Assembly: GCF_000195755.1 (NCBI RefSeq)
Contig: NC_002937.3
Coordinates: 2,040,001-2,072,000 of the forward strand
Length of the DNA stretch: 32,000 nt
Direction of reading: 5' to 3'
Origin: Nitratidesulfovibrio vulgaris str. Hildenborough
GTDB taxonomy: Bacteria > Desulfobacterota > Desulfovibrionia > Desulfovibrionales > Desulfovibrionaceae
Of this stretch, positions 18,023 to 25,138 are shown one piece after another. Within the stretch, counting starts at the first letter, position 1. Each line of letters begins with the position of its first letter. The notes under the pieces were generated by a model. That model did not search any database, was not told where the DNA came from, and was given only the letters and a program-made list of their open reading frames with translations. The translations under genes were made by a program, and so were the position numbers.

Positions 18023-18514
18023 TCAGTTCTTCATGTTCACGAACTGGAGCGGGATGCCGAAATCGCCTTCACGAAGCAGGGCGATGACGTCTTGCAGGTC
18101 GTCGATCTTCTTTCCGGTGACGCGCACCTGCTGGTCCTGAATGGCGCCTTGCACCTTGAGCTTGCTGTCCTTGATGGCCTTGACGATCTTCTGCGCCACA
18201 TCCTTGGCGATGCCTTCCTTGACCTGCACCTCACGCTTCACCGCGCCCCGCGACGTCGCCTCGATCTCCTTGAACTCAAGGCAGCGAGGGTCGATCTTGC
18301 GACGTACGCAGTGGGCGTGCAGCATTTCCTCAAGGGCACGCATCTTCATCTCATCGGCGGCAACGACGGTGATACGGAGATCGCCCTTGTGCAGGTCGAT
18401 CTCGGTCGTGGTGTTCCGGAAATCATAGCGTGTCTCGATCTCCTTCTTCACGTTGTTGACGGCGTTGTCGAGCTCCTGAAGTTCTATCTTGTTGACCACG
18501 TCGAACGACGGCAT
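18023..18514 (-). CDS. yajQ: YajQ family (UPF0234) nucleotide / cyclic-di-GMP-binding protein
   Basis: [41 protein letters not shown]...[34 protein letters not shown], 163 aa, is the canonical YajQ start and end. GGAGG RBS. The track ORF (to 19243) is an over-extension. Confidence 0.92.
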   Translation of the reverse strand: MPSFDVVNKIELQELDNAVNNVKKEIETRYDFRNTTTEIDLHKGDLRITVVAADEMKMRALEEMLHAHCVRRKIDPRCLEFKEIEATSRGAVKREVQVKEGIAKDVAQKIVKAIKDSKLKVQGAIQDQQVRVTGKKIDDLQDVIALLREGDFGIPLQFVNMKN

Positions 18515-18756
18515 AGCATACCTCCACGTCTTGAATGTCCGTCCGCATGTACCAGACAGGGCACAAGCCTTCAAGCGATGCCCGCCCTCCACAACACCCG
18601 CGACGAGACGCGAGCAACACGGTAGTCTGCACCTGCAGCCCTTCATCATCAAACGGGAACAATACCGCCCGTTATTCGTACGGTACGCGCCGCTCATCGC
18701 ATGCGGCAGCATGGGCGACACCGGACACAGCATGGCGAGCTCGGGCAGGATGCGCT

Positions 18757-18847
18757 GGGGAACATGCGGGACACTGCGTGACACAACGGGACACAACGGG
18801 ACTGGGGGGACAGGCGGGACAGCGCGCCGACAGCGCGCCGACAGCGA
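18757..18847. repeat. Short tandem repeats and a phased GGGAC(A) hexamer array
   Basis: ACACAACGGG x2 (18781-18800). GACAGCGCGCC x2.6 (18818-18847). GGGAC starts at 18768, 18788, 18798, 18807 and 18816, with GGGGAAC at 18757. The array lies between the helicase stop and the yajQ start. Confidence 0.75.
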
Positions 18848-18878
18848 GAGGCGCAAAACCACGCCCTCTACCGACAGG

Positions 18879-20267
18879 CTATTCGTCTGAATCACCGCCC
18901 TGCCCCCGCATCCGGGAACTTCTGACGAGGTCGACCTGTTCCGCACCCGCAGGCGTCTGTCGTGGGAGACGCGAGGGAATCGTCGGGGGGTGTGCCGCCG
19001 GGGGCACGGCATGACGGGGCGGACGCGGACGCCCGCGGCGCGGCTGTTCCTGCGCCTCTTGCGGTGCAGCCGGACGTTTGCCTGCTGGCAGTCGCGGCTG
19101 GCGGGGAGGCATGGCCGGACGCGCCCCCTCCGGCCCGCGCACAGGCGCGCCATAATCGAAATCGGCAAGCCTCTCGCGCGGGATGACGGTGCCCAGTACC
19201 CGTTCGATGTTCCGCACCTGCGCCTCATCCGCCGGGGTGACAAAGGTCATGGCCGTTCCATTGCGGGCAGCACGCCCTGTGCGCCCCACCCTGTGGATAT
19301 AGGCGTCGGCCGTCGACGGCACATCGTAGTTCACCACATGCGTCACCTGCGAGATGTCCAGCCCGCGTGCCGCCACATCGGTGGCCACCAGCACGTCGTA
19401 GCGCCCGTCGCGGAAGCCCTCGAGCGCGGCAAGTCGCCGTCGTTGCGACAACTTCCCCTGAAGGCAGGTGACGCTGAACCCCACGTTGTCGAGTTGCTGC
19501 CAGAGTCTGCGTGCCCCGTGGCGGGTACGCACGAAGACAACGACAGACCCCTCGGGCCCGCTTCGCAAAAACGTCTTGAGCAGGGGCGTCCGCAAATGGG
19601 CTGGCACGGGGTACAGGGCATGATGCACGGTGGATGCGGGTTGCACGGCGTCCACCTGCACCGTCACAGGCTGACGTAGCGCCTCGGCGGCAAGGACGCG
19701 CACGGCGTCGGGCATGGTCGCGGAAAAGAGCATCCGCTGGCAGGTCGCGGGCACCATGCCAAGCAGCATCCTCACATCCGCCAGAAAACCGAGGTCGAAG
19801 AGGGAATCGCCCTCGTCAAGCACCAGGACCTCAAGGGACGAAAGATCAAGGTTGCCACGCCGGATATGATCGAGAAGCCTGCCGGGGCACCCCACCACCA
19901 CCTCGACCCCGGCCCGCAGCCGCAAGGCCTGCGCCACGACGCCCACGCCTCCGTAGATGGTCGTGCTACGCAGGCGCGACATCGAACCGAGACGCCGCAC
20001 ATGGTCATGGGTCTGTTCCGCAAGCTCACGCGTAGGGGCCACGACGAGGGCGCGCACCGCCCCTCTCGGACCATCCATGAGCCGCTGCAGCATGGGCAGC
20101 ACGAATGCCGCCGTCTTGCCCGTTCCCGTCGCGGCAAGGGCCAGTACATCCTCTCCCGCCAAGGCGGGCGGGATGGCCCCACGCTGGACGGGTGTGGGCT
20201 GGCGATAGCCCATGCCGTCGAGCGCGGCGAGCAACCGGGGAGAGAGGGAGAGGTCTGCGAAAGTCAC
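18879..20267 (-). CDS. DEAD-box ATP-dependent RNA helicase, RhlE-like, with Arg/Pro-rich C-terminal tail
   Basis: GTG start. Q-motif GYRQPTPVQ, motif [12 protein letters not shown], motif Ia PTRELA, motif II DEGD (variant), motif III SAT, motif [11 protein letters not shown]. Confidence 0.93.
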   Translation of the reverse strand: MTFADLSLSPRLLAALDGMGYRQPTPVQRGAIPPALAGEDVLALAATGTGKTAAFVLPMLQRLMDGPRGAVRALVVAPTRELAEQTHDHVRRLGSMSRLRSTTIYGGVGVVAQALRLRAGVEVVVGCPGRLLDHIRRGNLDLSSLEVLVLDEGDSLFDLGFLADVRMLLGMVPATCQRMLFSATMPDAVRVLAAEALRQPVTVQVDAVQPASTVHHALYPVPAHLRTPLLKTFLRSGPEGSVVVFVRTRHGARRLWQQLDNVGFSVTCLQGKLSQRRRLAALEGFRDGRYDVLVATDVAARGLDISQVTHVVNYDVPSTADAYIHRVGRTGRAARNGTAMTFVTPADEAQVRNIERVLGTVIPRERLADFDYGAPVRGPEGARPAMPPRQPRLPAGKRPAAPQEAQEQPRRGRPRPPRHAVPPAAHPPTIPSRLPRQTPAGAEQVDLVRSSRMRGQGGDSDE

Positions 20268-20784
20268 GGAGCGTCCTGCGGTTGCGGTTTTCGGCGGTGT
20301 CGTGCCAGAACGCCCATAGTACGTCGTGCCGTGCTGCGATGCAACGCACAGACATCACCTGCCGGAGGGGGGTGGACAACACCCGCGACCTGTGCGAGGT
20401 GACACACTCCACAAGAACCTCGCAGACGGGCGACGGGCAACGGGGCGCGGGCATACGGCATAGCCCGACGCGACCAGCAGCCCGACAGGCGTGGAGCACG
20501 GCCCATAGTAACGCCAGCTAGCCGTATACGGGGATTCGACAGGCTGCGACGCATCGTCGCAGGAGCCCGCCATCCGGCAGAGGCTCCCGGCAATCACCCG
20601 ATGGCAACAGGATGGCGGCCTCCGACGGCCACCCCGGTCACCGGGCAGACGGCCAGCCAGCACACGGGGCGGCACCCCGCGCAGCCCCATACCGCAGTCG
20701 GGCGACGGGCCACCGGTTGCCAGCCCACACGTCTTCGCCTGCGCCCATCATGCGTCCATGCTCAACCGCCATCAGGACAGGTAC

Positions 20785-22008
20785 ATGCCTCTTCCCCTCC
20801 ATGGGTACGCCCCCGATTCCGACATCGTCACACCGCGCCTCCTCTCCGAGGTCGCTGCCCGCTTCGACCTTGTACTGCTCGAAACACCACGTGGATACGC
20901 CTTCCCCGGAAGTCCCGAACGCTGTGTCAGCCGCCATGTGGTCAGGGCGCATCCCGCGCACGTTACGGCGCCGGAAGCGTCGTTGTGGATGGTCGAACGG
21001 CTTGCCCCCGGACAGGCATCGCGCCGCGGCATCATAGGCAGCCTTATTGCCCGCCTCGCCCGTGACGGACTCTCATGGGTACCTGCTCCACGCGCTGTCC
21101 GCAGACCGGACAGGGAAACGGGTGATGCCGACCCCTGCACCGTCTTGCCCCAACCCCTGACAGCGGCCCACACTTCTGGGCCGGACTCCGCACAGCCCCA
21201 TCAGAAAGACGAAAAGCCCCACATGCGCGCGTATGTGCTCGACCACGCCGGATTCCCATGGCAGGTCACGCCGTTCATCGAAGGTGCCCCCCTCCCCCGT
21301 CCCGACTACCTCGGTCATGGGTGGCGCGGTGCGGCGGTGGCTGCGTGCATCCTCGACCTCGTCCATGCCGGAGGCGCACTGGAAACAATCCCGCCCGCAG
21401 AACACTGCGATGACGGACGGCAGGGCGTGGTAGCGTATGTGAAGCACATGGTCTCTGTCATTGCCGAACGCCATCCCGGAATACGCCAGCGCCTCGCCCC
21501 CGTCCTGCCCGTCATGGAGACACTGCCCGACGTGCTTGCCTCGCAGCCTGTGGTGCTGGCACATGGCGACCTGCACCCGCTGAACATCATCTGGAAGGGC
21601 GATGTCCCGGCACCCGACACCGCGCACCGGGATATACCGGGAACACCCGGCAGAGAGACCACACATCACGCCATCGCCGGGGTCATCGACTGGGAGTTCG
21701 CCGGAGCACGCCCTCTGTTGTACGACGCTGCCAACTGTGTCGGATGCGTCGGGTTCGAGCACCCTTCAGGACTGCGCGGCCCGTTCGTTCTCGGACTCGT
21801 ACACACGCTGCACAGGGGCGGCATCTCCGCCGACATGCTGCGCCTGCTGCCCGACATGGTCATCGCCTCGCGCTTCGGCTGGCTTTCCGAATGGCTACGC
21901 AAGCGTGACCATGAGATGCTGGAGATGGAACTCGACTATTTCGACATCCTCGTGCACCAGCGCCGCGCCCTTGCCGACTTGTGGGGCACGTCAGGCGCGG
22001 CATCATAG
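20785..22008 (+). CDS. Aminoglycoside-phosphotransferase-fold (APH/choline-kinase-like) kinase family protein
   Basis: Catalytic-loop signature VVLAHGDLHPLNIIW and metal-binding GVIDWEFAG. The start is uncertain: ATG 20785 has AGGACAGG upstream, while the track start 20758 has no RBS. Confidence 0.75.
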   Translation: MPLPLHGYAPDSDIVTPRLLSEVAARFDLVLLETPRGYAFPGSPERCVSRHVVRAHPAHVTAPEASLWMVERLAPGQASRRGIIGSLIARLARDGLSWVPAPRAVRRPDRETGDADPCTVLPQPLTAAHTSGPDSAQPHQKDEKPHMRAYVLDHAGFPWQVTPFIEGAPLPRPDYLGHGWRGAAVAACILDLVHAGGALETIPPAEHCDDGRQGVVAYVKHMVSVIAERHPGIRQRLAPVLPVMETLPDVLASQPVVLAHGDLHPLNIIWKGDVPAPDTAHRDIPGTPGRETTHHAIAGVIDWEFAGARPLLYDAANCVGCVGFEHPSGLRGPFVLGLVHTLHRGGISADMLRLLPDMVIASRFGWLSEWLRKRDHEMLEMELDYFDILVHQRRALADLWGTSGAAS

Positions 22009-22135
22009 GTGCGAACCGGCCCCCTGCACGGAGGCTGCAAGCCGGGTGAGGGGTACAGAGTATTCACGGCCTGTACAACACACAACGGCATTGCTATCTC
22101 TCAATGACGTGTCACGCCAATCCAAGGAGCACGCC

Positions 22136-22762
22136 ATGACTGCCATTGAAACCCTGCTGCTAACCGGGCTTCTTCTTGCCACCGCCCTGCTGCCGCCGGC
22201 CCTTGCCCATGCGGCACAGCCTGCCCCGCCTCCACCAGCCGGGATGCAGGTAGCCGTCTTCGCTGGCGGGTGCTTCTGGTGCATGGAAAAGCCCTTCGAT
22301 GCGGTGGAGGGGGTGCTGGAGACGACCTCTGGCTATACGGGCGGCACAGTGGAGTCACCGACCTACGAACAGGTCTCAAACGGCGGGACAGGTCACGCAG
22401 AAGCCTTGCGCGTCGTGTACGACCCCGCCAAAGTGAGCTATACCGCCCTTCTGGACACCTTCTGGCACAATGTCGACCCGTTCGACGCCGGAGGACAATT
22501 CTGCGACAGGGGCAGCCAGTATCGGTCTGCCATCTTCCCGCAGGACGCATCGCAACGCGCCGATGCGGAATCCAGCCTGAAAGCCCTCGAAGAACGATTC
22601 GGACGCCCCGTGGCGACCCGCATCGAACCGGCCGGTGCCTTCTGGCCCGCCGAAGAGTACCATCAGGACTATTACAAGAAGAATCCGCTACGTTACAGCT
22701 TCTACCGCTCCAATTGCGGTCGTGACCGCAAGCTCAAAGAGGTCTGGGGAAGTCCGAAGTAG
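22136..22762 (+). CDS. msrA: Peptide-methionine (S)-S-oxide reductase MsrA with N-terminal signal peptide
   Basis: GGAG RBS. MTAIETLLLTGLLLATALLPPALAHA is a signal-like segment. Active site GCFWCMEKPF, then GYTGG...PTYEQV...GHAE. The track ORF starting at 21602 is an over-extension. Confidence 0.93.
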   Translation: MTAIETLLLTGLLLATALLPPALAHAAQPAPPPPAGMQVAVFAGGCFWCMEKPFDAVEGVLETTSGYTGGTVESPTYEQVSNGGTGHAEALRVVYDPAKVSYTALLDTFWHNVDPFDAGGQFCDRGSQYRSAIFPQDASQRADAESSLKALEERFGRPVATRIEPAGAFWPAEEYHQDYYKKNPLRYSFYRSNCGRDRKLKEVWGSPK

Positions 22763-22783
22763 CGCGCCCGCCTCCCGGCATGA

Positions 22784-22819
22784 TGCAAAACGGGGACGCC
22801 TCACGGCGTCCCCGTTGCA
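22784..22819. terminator. Bidirectional terminator between msrA and the NYN gene
   Basis: AACGGGGACGCC-tcac-GGCGTCCCCGTT with outer TGC/GCA pairs. The minus strand is followed by TTTTGCATCAT. Confidence 0.7.
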
Positions 22820-22831
22820 TATGCCCTGCTC

Positions 22832-22863
22832 GCATCTCCCGTCCGCAAGCGGACGAGAGATGC
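22832..22863 (-). other. Second hairpin immediately after the NYN-gene stop
   Basis: GCATCTCCCGTCCGC / GCGGACGAGAGATGC (one mismatch), 9 nt after the stop codon at 22872. No U tail. Confidence 0.4.
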
Positions 22864-22871
22864 CGGTGCGA

Positions 22872-24128
22872 TCACTCCCCGGCGGGGATATCGCGCGGCA
22901 TGATCCATTCCAGAAGCATCTTCTGCTCCTCATGGCCCAGCGCCATCTGCGACATGCGGCACAGGTCGTAGGCGTTACGCAGAAACGACTTGGCCACCTC
23001 ACGCAGGTTCACACTCTGCACTTCATTGAGCAGGTACCCGCCACGCCCGATGCCCACGAGGACGAAGTTGACATGCGCGCGCGCCACCGGCAGTCCGGCT
23101 TCGACGCACTTGTCACGGACGTTGCGCGAGGTCTGCGTCATGCTGAATCCGTTGGTGTTCACCTCTTCGACGATGAAACCGAGGAGGGTCCGGTAGTGTT
23201 CGGGCCGCAGCAAAGGCATGTCCGTGAGTCGATGCACCCCTTGGGCGAACTCGAAAAGCTCGGGGTAACGACTGCGGAAGTCCTCATGCGTGCTCCGTTC
23301 TTCCGGGGGCTGGTGACGCCCGGCCTCGAACAGGTACCCGGGGGGAACCGCCGAAAACTCGATGGGGGCTATCTCAAGATGGTCTATGAAATCGCGCAGC
23401 CTGCCGTAGCCGAACCATTCGGTCGAGGCATCAAGTTCACGCTGCAACAACTGCCCGACGGCGGCGATGGGCACCGGCTGGGGAGACTCCGCCACGGTGC
23501 GCCTGATGAGGTCGACGGCGCGGGTTGAGATGTCGAGGTCGACGATGGGCCCGGCAGTGGCAGCGGGGCCGCCGAATTCTTGCGGGTCTTCCTCGACTGC
23601 CTGCGCCACGAACCAGTCTTCACGGATACGCCACGAGGCTGCTGCGGCATAGGCGGGCGAGGTGTAGCCCACCGACAGGACAAGCGACCGCCGGGCATGT
23701 TCCTGAATACGGATGAGCAACGGCGTGAAGTCCGCATCGCCCGACAGGATGATGAACTCGTCGAAACGTGTGGTGTGGCTGAGCGCATCCATGCAGTCCA
23801 TCACGAGATGGATGTCGGCACTGGTCTTGCCCTGCTGCGTCAGCGGCGGGCAATCGACGACCTGAAACGCGGCCCGGATGAAATAGGGGCGGTACTCCTG
23901 ATACCATTCGGGGTTGAGATAGCAGATGCGCTTCAGAATGCGCCGCCGCACGCCATCGCCATACAGCATCTTGAGGGCATGCCCTTCAAGCCACTTGAGC
24001 CATCGCTGCGGGTTTCTCCCGAAGAGGCGCGCCGTTTCGGGGTCCATCTCCCGAAGGCGGGTGTAGATGTTGTCGAAGTCGACATACAAGGCACTATAGA
24101 CCTCTTCATAACCGGTAAACTTACCCAT
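22872..24128 (-). CDS. NYN (LabA-like PIN-fold nuclease) domain protein with OST-HTH/LOTUS domain and an uncharacterised C-terminal region
   Basis: GGGAG RBS. Start moved from 24287 to ATG 24128. NYN acidic motifs are YVDFDNIY, SADIHLVMDCMDAL and IILSGDADFTPLLIRIQE. The LOTUS-like segment is AVDLIRRTVAESPQPVPIAAVGQLLQREL...WFGYGRLRDFIDHL. Confidence 0.85.
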   Translation of the reverse strand: MGKFTGYEEVYSALYVDFDNIYTRLREMDPETARLFGRNPQRWLKWLEGHALKMLYGDGVRRRILKRICYLNPEWYQEYRPYFIRAAFQVVDCPPLTQQGKTSADIHLVMDCMDALSHTTRFDEFIILSGDADFTPLLIRIQEHARRSLVLSVGYTSPAYAAAASWRIREDWFVAQAVEEDPQEFGGPAATAGPIVDLDISTRAVDLIRRTVAESPQPVPIAAVGQLLQRELDASTEWFGYGRLRDFIDHLEIAPIEFSAVPPGYLFEAGRHQPPEERSTHEDFRSRYPELFEFAQGVHRLTDMPLLRPEHYRTLLGFIVEEVNTNGFSMTQTSRNVRDKCVEAGLPVARAHVNFVLVGIGRGGYLLNEVQSVNLREVAKSFLRNAYDLCRMSQMALGHEEQKMLLEWIMPRDIPAGE

Positions 24129-24472
24129 AAAGATACTCCCAAGATGTTCATAAGGAGGCGTACGCCCTCTAGAAACGAGAACGAAGCCCGGTTTCTGCCG
24201 TTCTGCGGGTATGAGCCATACCCATGCTTTTGCCTTGCCTGCACCGGCGCAGACAGGACGATGCCGCACCCCGGGACTCTGCGTCATACATGCCGACGCG
24301 TGTCCGTATCCTGCGGCGCTTGTTCCACTATGACACTAGCACGCTGCACCTTTCGCGACAATCCCCGCATGAAAAAAAGGTGGACCGACGACACCGCCGA
24401 TACGTTCCGTCTTCCCCAATATCCGTGCATGCACTAGTATGTGACAGTCCTCATCCATCCACAGCCCGCGGC

Positions 24473-24502
24473 GGATATGCACGTCCCGCACGGCTCATAT
24501 CC
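24473..24502 (+). promoter_or_regulatory. Inverted repeat GGATATG-N16-CATATCC in the leader of the DsrE-like gene
   Basis: 7-bp arms, 27-56 nt upstream of ATG 24529. A perfect palindrome GTGCATGCAC lies at 24425-24434. Function unknown. Confidence 0.3.
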
Positions 24503-24528
24503 CCCCGGCGGAAACCCCAGGAGGCCCC

Positions 24529-24960
24529 ATGACACTGGCACACCGTACAGGCAGCATCCTCCTTGCGACATTGATGGCGTTGCTTCTCTGCAACGCGACA
24601 CCGTCACATGCCGAAAGTCCCGATGCTCTTTTCATCAACATGACCACCGATGACGCGCACAGGGCGAACATGGGCATCGGCTTCGGCTACAACCAGTTGC
24701 AACGAGGGCACCCGCTCACCGTATTTCTCAACGACCGGGGCGTGATGCTTGCGGCCAAAGCCAACAGTGCCGCCTTCGAGCAACAGCAGAAGACGCTGGC
24801 GGCGGTCATCGCCAAAGGCGGCACGGTCTACGTCTGCCCTACCTGCATGAAGCACTACGGGCTTGCGGAAGCGGACCTCATGCCCGGTGCGAAGGTCAGC
24901 AACCCCGACCTGACGGAGAAGGCCCTGTTCTCGAACGATGCAAGGACACTCAGCTGGTAG
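24529..24960 (+). CDS. DsrE/DsrF-like (YchN-fold) family protein with signal peptide
   Basis: AGGAGG RBS. The signal-like N-terminus is MTLAHRTGSILLATLMALLLCNATPSHA. The core LFINMTTDD...LTVFLNDRGV...GGTVYVCPTCMKHYGL...TLSW has the strand/helix pattern and CxxC of DsrE-like proteins. Family call from memory. Confidence 0.72.
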   Translation: MTLAHRTGSILLATLMALLLCNATPSHAESPDALFINMTTDDAHRANMGIGFGYNQLQRGHPLTVFLNDRGVMLAAKANSAAFEQQQKTLAAVIAKGGTVYVCPTCMKHYGLAEADLMPGAKVSNPDLTEKALFSNDARTLSW

Positions 24961-25037
24961 GGCGGCGCATCTGGTCCATGAAGGACGCGCGTGCCGACGG
25001 CGCATAGACGCCCCTTCACGCTTTTCCCGAAAGAATG

Positions 25038-25077
25038 AAGGGCCACCGCCTTGCCGAGGCAAGACGGCGGCCCTTTT
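25038..25077. terminator. Bidirectional rho-independent terminator (DsrE-like gene / uvrA)
   Basis: Long GC-rich stem AAGGGCCACCGCCTTGC / GCAAGACGGCGGCCCTT (2 mismatches). The plus strand is followed by TTTTC and the minus strand by TTCATTCTTTC. Confidence 0.7.
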
Positions 25078-25138
25078 CAGACGTGATACTCCGTGAATCC
25101 GCTCACGCCGAAGCACTCCGGGAAGTCGACGGCAACGC

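Noticed and set aside
18757-18847. Possible CRISPR array
   Set aside because: The repeat units are only 10-11 bp, are directly adjacent without spacers, and occur in 2-3 copies. No cas genes are present. These are micro-tandem repeats.
18515-19243. N-terminal over-extensions of track ORFs (yajQ to 19243; also MCP to 11048, msrA from 21602, NYN gene to 24287, uvrA to 28069, Rrf2-A to 2001, receiver from 5022, 16991-17152, 30158-30223, groES to 12946)
   Set aside because: In each case an internal ATG with a good Shine-Dalgarno gives the canonical family N-terminus. The extension is Arg/Pro-rich or overlaps a neighbouring gene.
24369-24437. 22-codon mini-ORF MKKRWTDDTADTFRLPQYPCMH
   Set aside because: No Shine-Dalgarno upstream. 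It is the tail of a shadow ORF antisense to the NYN gene, with no supporting signal.
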